DNA from: Tidjanibacter massiliensis
Lineage (GTDB): Bacteria > Bacillota > Clostridia > Lachnospirales > Lachnospiraceae
Assembly (NCBI GenBank): GCA_963661155.1
Contig: CAVLAW010000001.1
Span: 1-60,960, forward strand
Direction of reading: 5' to 3'
Length of the DNA stretch: 60,960 nt
This document shows positions 1 to 9,674 of this stretch, in pieces; the stretch's first letter is position 1, and every line of letters begins with the position of its first letter. The notes under the pieces are model-generated. The model saw only the letters and a list, made by a program, of their open reading frames with translations. It was not told the DNA's origin and did no database searches. The position numbers and the translations under genes were made by a program.

Positions 1-112
1 ATGTGTACCCATCCCTATATGGCAGCTCACCTCTCATGTCCAACAGGATCATCCTCCTTACGGCGGGTCCTCACTTCCTTCGTTCTGCCTGTCCATAACC
101 AGGGATTCGTCC
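1..112 (+). ncRNA. possible 3' half of a divergent 6S-like RNA (cut by the window edge)
   Basis: CATCCTCCT-tacg-GCGGGTCC (49-70) resembles the Firmicutes 6S signature CACCCACCUG..GCGGGUUC as recalled. It ends just before a bidirectional terminator, and there is no credible ORF here. Confidence 0.3.
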
Positions 113-119
113 CGTACGC

Positions 120-157
120 AAAAAGAGGCTTCTCCGTTTCCGGCAAGCCTCTTTTCT
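120..157. terminator. bidirectional intrinsic terminator
   Basis: AAAAGAGGCTT...AAGCCTCTTTT inverted repeat downstream of the peptidase stop. Confidence 0.75.
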
Positions 158-177
158 CATCTTCATCACACAATTTT

Positions 178-1320
178 TTATAATTCTACATATTCCAGCA
201 TCAACGCCAGTGCCACTTTTAATCCGTCCGACAGGCTGGTAAGTTCAATCCACTCTTCACGCGTATGCGCCAGTGCGCCGCGGACGGTGCCGACGGTGTT
301 TGCCCTGATTCCAAGCGACAGCGGTACATTGCTGTCGGTGGAGTAGGCATTAAAGTCGATCTCATCGTGATACCAGGTGCCGATGACATCCGCGGTATGC
401 GCGGTAAATTTCCGCAATGCCTCCGCATCTACCGGTCCGTTTCCCGGGCGGACGCCGAGGAGTTCTACTTCGATCTCTCCGCCTCTTCCGCGGACGGACT
501 CAACGGCCGCATTGAACCGGCACTCCATTTCTTCCAGACAGTTCTGGGACGTGGAGCGGAATTCATACAGCATGTATGCCTCCTGCGCAATGGAGTTGAC
601 GGTTGTGCCGCCCTCCATGCGTCCGATGTTGTACGTCGTATAGCCCTCTTTCGGCGGCTCAATCTTGTACAGGCGCTCCGTCAGATCGCAGAGAATTTCC
701 AGTGCATTCGGATCTCCGAAATTGATGTAGGAGTGGCCGCCCTGCGTTTTACAGCCGATGCGGTAGCGGTACGAACCGACGGCGCTGCTGCAGCACTGCG
801 GCATATAACCATCGAAAGAATAAAATGCTTTAATCTTGGAACCGTACGCAGCAAAGAGAGCCTTCGTTCCGTCCAGGTTTCCCAGTCCCTCTTCACAGGC
901 GTTTGCCACGAAAAGAATCGCATATTTGGGTTTCAGTTTCTGCTTCATCACATATCTGGCCGCCAGCATCAGGTTGACCAGGTTGCTGGTATCATCGCCG
1001 ATGCCCGGTGCGTAGAGCCGGCCGTTTTCCTCCCGCAGAGGAAGTTCCGTTGTGTCAGGAAATACGATGTCAGTGTGGGCTGCAAACACGATCAGCTCCT
1101 CGGCATCCTCCTCGCCGAAACGGCAGATAACGTTCTTTGCATCATCAATCCAGACATGCTCTGCTCCCTGTTTCAGAAACCAGTCGCGGCAGAACACGGC
1201 GCGCATGTCCTCCTGATGGGACGGTGCCGGAATCACGCCGAGCGTCTTTAACAGCTCTTTCTGCTCTCCGACCATTTCAGATGCATACTGTTCCGCAATT
1301 TCTTTGATTTTTTCTTTCAT
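178..1320 (-). CDS. M20/M25/M40 family metallopeptidase / deacylase
   Basis: AHTD, GIGDD, CEEGLG, GGHS, GGTTVNSI and AHTREE motifs. Confidence 0.9.
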   Translation of the reverse strand: MKEKIKEIAEQYASEMVGEQKELLKTLGVIPAPSHQEDMRAVFCRDWFLKQGAEHVWIDDAKNVICRFGEEDAEELIVFAAHTDIVFPDTTELPLREENGRLYAPGIGDDTSNLVNLMLAARYVMKQKLKPKYAILFVANACEEGLGNLDGTKALFAAYGSKIKAFYSFDGYMPQCCSSAVGSYRYRIGCKTQGGHSYINFGDPNALEILCDLTERLYKIEPPKEGYTTYNIGRMEGGTTVNSIAQEAYMLYEFRSTSQNCLEEMECRFNAAVESVRGRGGEIEVELLGVRPGNGPVDAEALRKFTAHTADVIGTWYHDEIDFNAYSTDSNVPLSLGIRANTVGTVRGALAHTREEWIELTSLSDGLKVALALMLEYVEL

Positions 1321-1338
1321 CTTTGATCTCCCTTCGTC

Positions 1339-2631
1339 TTAGAAAATCGGATAAATCGTCATAATCCAGAGTACGCTTACCACGGTAATGACCACAAACG
1401 GAGTCCAGCCCATTTTGACCAGATCTTTTACTGTATAATTTCCGGCTCCCATCATCTGCGGTACGGCCGGGGTGGCAAGCGGTGTAAAGAATGCCGTCAT
1501 CGAAGCAATCATACAGAGCATGATCGGTCCGATCGGGTTTGCTCCCATGGATTTACAGATCATAATGTACAGCGGTACGAAAATGGAGTAAATTCCAAGA
1601 TTCAGCATAAACTGGGTCAGAATGAACGGCACCAGGAAGAAAATCAGGCCGGCAATGTAGTTGTTATGTACGCCGAGAATAATACCGGACAGGTGATTTC
1701 CGATCATATCGGCAACGCCGGTTCCGGAAAGCGCTGTTCCGATGGCCAGGGCACCGATAAACAGAAGAACCATGCTGAGGTTCATCGAATCGATCAGTTC
1801 TTTCTTATTCAAAATACCGGAAGCCGCAATCACGAGTGCGCCGATAAACGCAATTTCCCATGTCGGAATACCGATCTTGCTGGAAAACAGAAGACCGATC
1901 AGAACGCAGACAAAGGTGGCATAGCCGATAAACTCGCGTACCGGACCGAGTTTTCTGGTTTCTTCATCTTTTTCCACTTCAAACTCTGCTTCCGCCGTTG
2001 CTTTATCCGGAGCAAACCGCGGTACCACAAAAATGGCGAGCAGAAGGATCACAATCATAACCGGTGTTTTTGCATACATGATATCCATGATGCTCATGTG
2101 ATAATCGGTATACTCATATGCCTCGAGGAAGCCCTGGATTCTTGCCATCTCACTGACAGAGGAACTGAACGGCAGTGTGATGACGGTGCCAATCGCTGTA
2201 ATACCAAGAGAAAACATCATCCTGGATGGAGAAATTTTCATTTCTTTACAGACACCGTAGGCCAGCGGGAATACAACGCTGAAGCAGGCGGCAGCACTTG
2301 GAATGAACTGTGCCAGAATGCAGGTCAGGATGACGTATCCTGCAAGCACTTTGGTGAAAGAGCCTTTGCTGATGCGGCAGATAAAGGATGAAATTTTCTT
2401 CACCATCTGGGTACGGTTGAGGCCTGCGGAAACGACGAACATACTTGCCATCAGAATTGCGCTGGAGTTTGCAAAACATCCGAGCGCATCGTTTGGATCC
2501 ATGCAGCCTGTGAGCATCAGTGCGGCAACACTGATCAGGGAAATGACTGCCATGGACACGCGGTTGCTTAAGAATGCATAGGCAAGCAGCGTCAGAATGA
2601 AAATGATGAGGCAGATTGTCATTTGATTCAT
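1339..2631 (-). CDS. SLC13/DASS (CitMHS-like) anion permease
   Basis: Multi-TM protein with MFVVSAGL and AFFTPLATP motifs and a G.YTVKD.VK.G tail. Start set at the ATG at 2631 after AAAGGAG. Confidence 0.85.
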   Translation of the reverse strand: MNQMTICLIIFILTLLAYAFLSNRVSMAVISLISVAALMLTGCMDPNDALGCFANSSAILMASMFVVSAGLNRTQMVKKISSFICRISKGSFTKVLAGYVILTCILAQFIPSAAACFSVVFPLAYGVCKEMKISPSRMMFSLGITAIGTVITLPFSSSVSEMARIQGFLEAYEYTDYHMSIMDIMYAKTPVMIVILLLAIFVVPRFAPDKATAEAEFEVEKDEETRKLGPVREFIGYATFVCVLIGLLFSSKIGIPTWEIAFIGALVIAASGILNKKELIDSMNLSMVLLFIGALAIGTALSGTGVADMIGNHLSGIILGVHNNYIAGLIFFLVPFILTQFMLNLGIYSIFVPLYIMICKSMGANPIGPIMLCMIASMTAFFTPLATPAVPQMMGAGNYTVKDLVKMGWTPFVVITVVSVLWIMTIYPIF

Positions 2632-2820
2632 AACGGTTACTCCTTTCGAGGTATAAATAATTTTGTGAGTACAAAAAAAACGCAAAGAAGTTTTTGACGG
2701 GGTAGGTCTTCGCTTCTTTGCGTTCATCTTGGCTGTATTATAGCACTTGACAGGATTCGACAGCAAATATATTATTTTGATAAGATACTATAAAAAATTT
2801 TTATGGAGAGGCACAACGAT

Positions 2821-3741
2821 ATGAAGTTTGACGCAATCTTTTATGCACTGGAAGTCGCCGATGCCGGCTCTTTCAGCCAGGCGGCCAGAAATCTGTATCT
2901 GTCCCAGCCCAATTTAAGCTATGCGGTCCGGCAACTGGAAGAGGATCTCGGTGTCCGCCTTTTCGACCGGATTCCGGGCGGCGTGGTTCCGACGGAAGCC
3001 GGGCAGGCACTGATCGAGCGGTTCCGCATTATCCGCCGAGAATATGAACAGATCCAGGAATTTTCCCATCTGCCGAACCGCAACTTTGAGCGACAGCTCC
3101 GCATCGGCTCCCTGCGTTCCAGCCGCGCCGCCCGGGCGTTCACCAGCTTTGTCCGGAAATATCCAGGGGAGGGCTGCCAGTTCGCCTTTCTGAATTATGA
3201 TGCACTGGATGATCTGATCGAGGAAATCACGGCAAATAAACTCGATCTCGCGGTCATCGGTACGTTCTCGACGCATGTTAAAACGATGCACGCAAAACTC
3301 AAAAATGCGGATCTCGAATACCATCTGATCGGTGAGAGTCCGCTGTGCGCCGTCGTCGGAAAATCGAATCCGCTTTACGGCCGCACCGAACCGATCCAGT
3401 TGGCCGATCTCTATCCATTTACCGCAGTTCAGTACGGCCCGACTGCAAACGATCCCAGCCATTCGCTGCTCCACGAGACGGGCCTGTCGCTTCACCTGGC
3501 CGGTGAAATCAGCGTCACGGGCACGCAGATTTTCTTCGATCTGATCCGCGAAACGGATGTCGTCGGCCTCGTCTCCGCCAGGCCGGAAGCCTTCCATAAA
3601 TATCACAGCGAACCAGAACTCTGGATTATCCCTTTCCGTGACTGCCCACTGACTGGAGAATTCGCCTGGATCAAGTCCCTCCGCACCATTCTGCCGGAGC
3701 TGGCGAAGGAATATCTGGATATTCTGCTTTCGCTTTATTGA
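2821..3741 (+). CDS. LysR family transcriptional regulator
   Basis: GSFSQAARNLYLSQPNLSYAVRQLE HTH; divergent from the permease-peptidase operon. Confidence 0.93.
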   Translation: MKFDAIFYALEVADAGSFSQAARNLYLSQPNLSYAVRQLEEDLGVRLFDRIPGGVVPTEAGQALIERFRIIRREYEQIQEFSHLPNRNFERQLRIGSLRSSRAARAFTSFVRKYPGEGCQFAFLNYDALDDLIEEITANKLDLAVIGTFSTHVKTMHAKLKNADLEYHLIGESPLCAVVGKSNPLYGRTEPIQLADLYPFTAVQYGPTANDPSHSLLHETGLSLHLAGEISVTGTQIFFDLIRETDVVGLVSARPEAFHKYHSEPELWIIPFRDCPLTGEFAWIKSLRTILPELAKEYLDILLSLY

Positions 3742-3870
3742 GCGGTTTCTGATCTTTGTTATGCCAAAATGTCAAAAGTCAAACAAAATTTCCTTGCTTT
3801 TTTCCTTCTGTTTCGCTTATAATAGGCCTGTTAAAAACAGAATGATTACTAAAAAGCCGGCTTTGTAAAC

Positions 3871-3928
3871 AAAAAGCGTGAAATCCTGAGGATTTGCTGA
3901 TCCTCGCAGATTTCACGCTTATTTTTTT
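3871..3928 (+). terminator. terminator-like hairpin in the 5' leader of the MATE gene (attenuator candidate)
   Basis: AAGCGTGAAATC...GATTTCACGCTT followed by a T-tract, between TATAAT (3818-3823) and the RBS. Confidence 0.6.
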
Positions 3929-3952
3929 GCTTTGCCGCAAGAAGGAGGATTT

Positions 3953-5290
3953 ATGAACTCGAAAAACAAACTGGCGGAAATGCCGATCCGCCCTTTGCTG
4001 TACACGATGGCGGTTCCGCTGATGCTGTCGCTGCTTGTGCAGTCTCTCTACAATATTGTTGACAGTATTTTCGTCGCAAAGCTGTCGGAATCCGCCCTGA
4101 CGGCTGCGTCGCTTGTCTACTCGGTGCAGTTTCTCATGATTGCCGTCGGCGTCGGAACGGCGGTTGGTCTGAATGCGCTTCTTTCCCGGAAAATCGGGGC
4201 AAAAAAAGCGGACGAAGCGTGCCGCGCCGCCACAACAGGTCTGTTCCTGATGGTGCTCACGTCGCTTCTCTTTTCCCTCGTCGGCATTTTCCTGTCCGAC
4301 ACGATTGCCCGCGGGATGACAGCCGATCCTGAACTGCAGAATCTCTGTCAGCAGTATCTTTCCATCAATCTGGTCTACTGCTGGGGAATCTTTCTGCAGA
4401 CGTACGGCCAGCGGCTTCTGCAGGCGGTCGGTGATACGGTGCTGTCAATGATTTCGCTGATCATCGGCGCCATTCTGAACATTATTCTGGATCCGATCAT
4501 GATTTTCGGTCTGTTCGGCTGCCCGGCCATGGGAATCCGCGGTGCGGCGATCGCAACCGTCATTGGTCAGATGATGGGAGCCGCCGCGGCACTTTTGTTC
4601 AACCGTTTCCGCAATCCGGTGATTCATGTGCGTTTCCGGAATTATCGTTTCTACTGGCAGGATGTCCTCGACATTTACCGCGTCGGCCTTCCGACCATTG
4701 TGATGCAGGCAATCGGAAGTGTTATGACCTTTGCCGTCAACACGATTTTACTCGATGTCTCCGCAACGGCAGTCGCCTTTTTCGGCATTTATTATAAACT
4801 GCAGAACTTCCTGATGATGCCGATCAACGGCCTTGGCCAGGCGGCGATTCCGATTGTGGGTTACAATTATGGCAGTAAAAAAATGCAGCGGATCCAACAG
4901 ACATGGCACGTTCTGCTCCCGACCGGAATGATCATCGCCCTTGTCGGAACGGTTCTGTTCTGGATTTTCCCGAAACAGCTCCTTTCTCTGTTCTCCGCAA
5001 GCCCGGAAATGCTCGCCCTCGGCGTTCCTGCCCTCCGCATCATTTCCGTCACCTTTGTTCTCGCCGCCGTTACGATCCTGTGCGGATACTTTGCTTCCGG
5101 ACTTGGAAACGGGGTCATCAACATGATCAGCGCCGCCATCCGCCAGCTCGTTTTTCTCGTTCCCTGCCTCTGGATTTTTATCCGGGTCTTTGGGATTTCA
5201 CACGGCTGGTTCGCGTTCTGGATTGCGGAAAGTATTGCCTGCCTTTACAGTTACTGCAGCTCCCGTAAGTTGCTCAATAACTTTAAATAA
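3953..5290 (+). CDS. MATE family efflux transporter
   Basis: LYNIVDSIFV, NIILDPIMIFG, GIRGAAIAT and GYNYG motifs; RBS AGGAGG. Confidence 0.95.
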   Translation: MNSKNKLAEMPIRPLLYTMAVPLMLSLLVQSLYNIVDSIFVAKLSESALTAASLVYSVQFLMIAVGVGTAVGLNALLSRKIGAKKADEACRAATTGLFLMVLTSLLFSLVGIFLSDTIARGMTADPELQNLCQQYLSINLVYCWGIFLQTYGQRLLQAVGDTVLSMISLIIGAILNIILDPIMIFGLFGCPAMGIRGAAIATVIGQMMGAAAALLFNRFRNPVIHVRFRNYRFYWQDVLDIYRVGLPTIVMQAIGSVMTFAVNTILLDVSATAVAFFGIYYKLQNFLMMPINGLGQAAIPIVGYNYGSKKMQRIQQTWHVLLPTGMIIALVGTVLFWIFPKQLLSLFSASPEMLALGVPALRIISVTFVLAAVTILCGYFASGLGNGVINMISAAIRQLVFLVPCLWIFIRVFGISHGWFAFWIAESIACLYSYCSSRKLLNNFK

Positions 5291-5306
5291 ATTGACAAAC
5301 TATTAG

Positions 5307-5345
5307 AAAAGGCGTGAACCTGCGAAACGATTCACGCCTTTTCTC
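5307..5345. terminator. bidirectional terminator between convergent MATE genes
   Basis: AAAAGGCGTGAA...TTCACGCCTTTT. Confidence 0.8.
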
Positions 5346-5346
5346 T

Positions 5347-6714
5347 CTATCTTAAAACATCCACTTTATTTTTTCTGATCTTTTTTAAAAAGAAATATCC
5401 CACCAGACACGAAATTACTTCTGTGATCGGAAATGCCCACCAGATCAGCGAAACTCCCATCTGTCCGTTTCTGACAAAGACAGAAAAGATTCCGGCCATC
5501 GGCAGGATCAGGACAAGCTGTCTTAAAAGAGAAATTACCAGCGATTCCATACCGCCGTCGAGTGCCTGGAAAATTCCCTGATAAGCCACATTGATTCCTG
5601 CAAACAGAAAACTGATGGAGATGATCCGCATTGCGCTGATGAAATACTCTCTGGACTGGCCTGCATTAAACAGCGTTGCAAACGCACCTGGGAAAAACTC
5701 GGTAACCGCAATGCCCAGCACCATCAGGGCAATCGTATAGATCAGACCATATCGGATGCCATCCTGAATTCTCTTTTTGCTCCGCATGCCATAGGAAAAT
5801 GCAAGAATCGGCGTGATCGCATCGCGGAGTCCGAACGCAAGAAACAGGACAAACTGCTGTACCTTGTAAAACAGACCATAGGCCGTCTGTGCAGATGGAC
5901 TGAATTTCAGAATCAGGTTCATGGCATACACCATAATCGACATCAGCGCCTGCGAGATAATGGCTGGAAGTCCAATCGCATAAATCTTTTTTATGATATC
6001 TTTATCCGGCTTCATGTATTTCATGCCATGTTCAAATTCTTTATTCAGTCTCAACTGAAAGATCAAAAGAAGCGCGGCCGATGCGACCTGTCCAATGACG
6101 GTTGCATACGCGGCACCTCTGACTCCCATTTCCGGAACGGGACCAAGACCATAGATCATGACCGGGTCGAGAACGATATTGACCACGGCTCCGACTACCT
6201 GCCCGATGGTAGAATACAAAGATCGTCCTGTCGCCTGCAGCAGTTTTTCAAACAGCGAGAAGAAAATCATTCCAAACGAAATCACGCAGCAAATCCGCAG
6301 ATAACTCGTTCCCATTGCAAGGACTTCTGCATCTGCTGTCTGAGATGCGATATACGCTTTTACTCCAAAAATACCGAACAGCAGACATACGCCATAAATC
6401 ACTGCGCCCAGAAACAGACTGTTTCCTGTGGCTTTTGCAGCCTCCTTTCGGTTTCCCTCTCCCAGCAGTCTCGCAAGAAGTGCATTCGTTCCCACACCCG
6501 TTCCGATTCCCACCGCAACCATCAGCATCTGAACCGGGAATACCAGTGTCAGTGCATTTAATGCGGCTTCGCTGCCGGTTTTCATATTTCCGACGAAAGC
6601 GCTGTCGACAATGTTGTAAACCGCCTGCAGTGCCATCGACAGGATCATGGGGATGCCCATCTGAATCATCAACTGATTAACCGGCATGTCTTTCATCTTG
6701 TTTCTTTGTGCCAT
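5347..6714 (-). CDS. MATE family efflux transporter
   Basis: [21 protein letters not shown] and [10 protein letters not shown] motifs; RBS GAGGAGG. Confidence 0.95.
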   Translation of the reverse strand: MAQRNKMKDMPVNQLMIQMGIPMILSMALQAVYNIVDSAFVGNMKTGSEAALNALTLVFPVQMLMVAVGIGTGVGTNALLARLLGEGNRKEAAKATGNSLFLGAVIYGVCLLFGIFGVKAYIASQTADAEVLAMGTSYLRICCVISFGMIFFSLFEKLLQATGRSLYSTIGQVVGAVVNIVLDPVMIYGLGPVPEMGVRGAAYATVIGQVASAALLLIFQLRLNKEFEHGMKYMKPDKDIIKKIYAIGLPAIISQALMSIMVYAMNLILKFSPSAQTAYGLFYKVQQFVLFLAFGLRDAITPILAFSYGMRSKKRIQDGIRYGLIYTIALMVLGIAVTEFFPGAFATLFNAGQSREYFISAMRIISISFLFAGINVAYQGIFQALDGGMESLVISLLRQLVLILPMAGIFSVFVRNGQMGVSLIWWAFPITEVISCLVGYFFLKKIRKNKVDVLR

Positions 6715-6738
6715 TTTGTTTTTCCTCCTCTTTTTCGC

Positions 6739-6884
6739 AATAAAAAAGTGTGTACCCCTGCCGCGTCCGTCATCAGTTGGACTTACGCCGTCAGGCTACA
6801 CACTTTTTTATTACCCATATAAATTTTGAAACGAAAAAACGAGAAGCAAAACTGGATTTACGCTGGTCTGCTACTCGTTCTTCC
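6739..6884 (-). promoter_or_regulatory. structured 5' leader (tandem hairpin attenuator / candidate riboswitch) of the MATE gene
   Basis: Two stem-loops, each followed by a U-tract and each carrying GCGTAARTCCA. Confidence 0.65.
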
Positions 6885-6887
6885 CAT

Positions 6888-6916
6888 ATTATATTTTCTG
6901 ATTTTCCAAAAGTCAA
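6888..6916 (-). promoter_or_regulatory. sigma-A promoter of the MATE gene
   Basis: TTGACT-17 bp-TATAAT on the minus strand. Confidence 0.75.
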
Positions 6917-6987
6917 ACAAAATTTTTCCTGCTAAAGCTCTTTTCCATTTTTTAATATAATATTCCCCATAATGGGAGGATGATTTC

Positions 6988-7509
6988 ATGGAATTGGATG
7001 TCTTAGGATTATTATCAGCCTGCTCCTATGCGCTGGACTGTGTGGAGGCGGAACTCGTTCACGTCACGGGCAGGCATGCGAAGCGGGTCGCTTATATGAG
7101 TGTCTGCACGGCGGAACAGATGGGGATTCTTGGAAAGGAGCTGCAGGATCTCAGCTTTTCGCAAATCAAGGCACTGGCAGATTTCTTTGCGCGGATCGTC
7201 GATTATAAATCTCCATTTACCAGCACCCATTCCATCGGCGTTGCCGTTGATGTGGAAATGCTGGCACGGCATATGGGATTCGACGAAGAGACGGCTCAGA
7301 AAATGTACCTCGCCGGGGCGCTGCACGATATCGGGAAAGTCGCCATCGGAAACGAGATTCTCGAAAAACCCGGAAGACTGACCGAAAGCCGGCCTTACAA
7401 ACAGGGGATGCCGCATGAAAAGACGTATGGCCTCCTGCGCGATATGGCTGGAAAAGGGTGGATTGATGCGGTGATTGTTGAGGAGATTGATGCTTGTTTT
7501 GGGGCATAA
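6988..7509 (+). pseudogene. internally deleted tandem HD-GYP phosphodiesterase
   Basis: Start of HD domain 1 (HAKRVAY) is joined directly to domain 2 (KSPFTSTHS..LHDIGK..LEKPGRLT), which then jumps to the RPY tail. The HHE..DG.GYP segment is missing. Confidence 0.7.
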
Positions 7510-7572
7510 CTTGAAAAAAGGAGCGAACACATCAAGACTTAACTGATGGGTTCACTCCCTTTTCTTTATTTT

Positions 7573-8229
7573 CTATTCAGCTTTGTATTCCGTTCCGTCA
7601 ACTCTTGCCAGAAGCTTTCCAGTAAAATGCCGATTAAAGAAATGGATGACCGGTCCGAGGCCAAAGGCGGTTACCAGGGTTCCAATTCCAATCACGCCTC
7701 CGGCGAAATAGCAGATCAGTGCGCAGACGACATCATTCGACATTCTGTGCCAGAAGTATGGGATTTTCGGCCATTTGCGGGTCATGATCAGGGACAGGCT
7801 GTCGTATGGGGCGACGCCCTCGTTCGGCATCTGATACAGGGACAGTCCCAGACAGCAGATCAGGACACCGATGCATAATGCGAGCAGCCGCGCCGGCATA
7901 GCGGCAAGGGCAAGGCCCATAATATTCGTAAAGATGTTGTAGAAAAACGTACAGATATACGCCAGAAATACCGCATTCACAACCGTTCCCATTCCAAGAA
8001 ACATTCTTCCAAATAAGAGTTCCACGATCAGCAGAACAATATTCACCAGCAATTGAAAGTTGCCGTACGCCATACCAAGCGTCTCTGCAACTGCCATATT
8101 CATCCCGCTGAACGGATCCGTTCCCAGCCCCGCAAGCTTAAAAATCGCAATCCCCATACCCGCAAGAATATTTCCGATACACATAATCAGAACGTGTTTC
8201 CAGTTAATGTTTTTCAAATACTCCCCCAT
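7573..8229 (-). CDS. YczE/YyaS/YitT family membrane protein
   Basis: LGTDPF, GVAPYD and GIGTL..AFGLGP motifs. Confidence 0.85.
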   Translation of the reverse strand: MGEYLKNINWKHVLIMCIGNILAGMGIAIFKLAGLGTDPFSGMNMAVAETLGMAYGNFQLLVNIVLLIVELLFGRMFLGMGTVVNAVFLAYICTFFYNIFTNIMGLALAAMPARLLALCIGVLICCLGLSLYQMPNEGVAPYDSLSLIMTRKWPKIPYFWHRMSNDVVCALICYFAGGVIGIGTLVTAFGLGPVIHFFNRHFTGKLLARVDGTEYKAE

Positions 8230-8453
8230 TTTATTTTCCCCCGTGTTTTCTTTTTATAAATTTATGACTGTCCTTGTGCCATTTTCTATTTTATCTTATC
8301 ACATGAAAAAGAATTTTTATATACTATTTCTTCTGAAAATCACCTTTTCCACAGTCACTTTTTTATAACCCAGTAATAGATTTGTGCGTACTTCTCCCCC
8401 GCTTATTTCTCCGGTATGATAAAAATAACGAAAACAAACGAATGGAGGATGCA

Positions 8454-9071
8454 ATGCACATGAAAAAGAATGTTAATCTGACAGAAGGAACGATCTGGAA
8501 GCAGTTGCTTCTGTTCTGTCTGCCGATTATGTTTGGTACGTTGTTTCAGCAATTATATAATGCCGTCGATGTAGTCGTCGTCGGGCAATTTGTCGGGGCG
8601 GATGCGATTGCCAGTGTGGGCGGATCGTCGAGAATGGTGATCAATCTGGTCGTGGGATTGTTTGTCGGTCTTTCTTCCGGTGTGACGATTATTGTTTCCC
8701 GGTTTTATGGAGCAAAGGATTCTGCAAAGGTTCAGAAAGGAATCCAGACCTCTCTTCTCCTGTCACTTCTCGGCGGTGTTCTGCTCACGGTGCCTGGCAT
8801 TCTTTTCACGCCGGCGATGCTCCGCCTGCTGAATACGCCGGAAGAAATCATGGCATCTTCCGCCGCTTATCTTCGCATTTATTTTGCCGGCATCCTTTTT
8901 GTATTTCTCTACAATGTCGGTTCCGCCATTCTCCGTGCACTGGGTGACAGCCGGCGGCCGCTGCGATGGTACTTTATTATTTTTACAAAACCAGGCGCGC
9001 CCTTTCCTGAGTCCTTCCACAAAAACAGCCCCTGCTCCCGGAAAATTCCAGAAGCAGGGGCTGACTGTTGA
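8454..9071 (+). pseudogene. 3'-truncated MATE transporter
   Basis: N-terminal MATE half (LYNAVD, ILRALGDSRRPL), then the frame runs into the rubrerythrin terminator sequence. Confidence 0.85.
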
Positions 9072-9083
9072 CTTTCAAATCAA

Positions 9084-9626
9084 TTAATAATTCTCTTCTC
9101 TCACCTCAAAATAACTCTGCGGATGTGCGCACACCGGGCATACCTGTGGGGCTTTGGTTCCGACTACGATGTGGCCGCAGTTCCGGCATTCCCAGACTTT
9201 GACTTCGCTCTTCTCAAATACCTGTGCTGTCTCGATGTTTTTCAGCAGTGCGCGGTATCTTTCCTCGTGATGTTTTTCGATCTCGCCGACTGCGCGGAAT
9301 TTTGCAGCCAGTTCCGGGAATCCCTCTTCCTCTGCTGTTTTTGCAAAGCCTTCGTACATATCGGTCCACTCGTAGTTTTCGCCTTCCGCGGCTGCCGCCA
9401 GGTTTTCTTTCGTATCACCGATGCCTGCAAGTTCCTTGAACCACATTTTCGCATGCTCTTTCTCATTGTCCGCCGTTTTCAGGAACAGCGCTGCCATCTG
9501 CTCATATCCTTCTTTTTTCGCTACGGATGCAAAATACGTATATTTATTTCTCGCCTGTGATTCCCCTGAAAATGCTTCCTGTAAGTTTTTTTCTGTCTGT
9601 GTTCCTGCGTACTTGTTTGCTGCCAT
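9084..9626 (-). CDS. rbr: rubrerythrin
   Basis: [19 protein letters not shown] and C-terminal CRNCG..CPVC motifs; RBS GGAGG. Confidence 0.95.
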   Translation of the reverse strand: MAANKYAGTQTEKNLQEAFSGESQARNKYTYFASVAKKEGYEQMAALFLKTADNEKEHAKMWFKELAGIGDTKENLAAAAEGENYEWTDMYEGFAKTAEEEGFPELAAKFRAVGEIEKHHEERYRALLKNIETAQVFEKSEVKVWECRNCGHIVVGTKAPQVCPVCAHPQSYFEVREENY

Positions 9627-9674
9627 TTTGATTTCCTCCGTTTTCTCTGTTTTTTCTATTTTTTCTGTTGTCAC

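Noticed and set aside
265..1251. Long antisense ORFs (e.g. 265-1251, 11382-12362, 22691-23962, 39917-41152)
   Set aside because: They are shadows of well-supported genes on the opposite strand, with no RBS or recognisable motifs.
6765..6780. CTGATGA (minus strand) as a hammerhead ribozyme core
   Set aside because: There is no downstream GAAA or three-stem junction.
6739..6884. Assignment of the MATE leader to guanidine-IV or fluoride riboswitch classes
   Set aside because: I could not match their conserved loop sequences by eye, so the leader is left unassigned.
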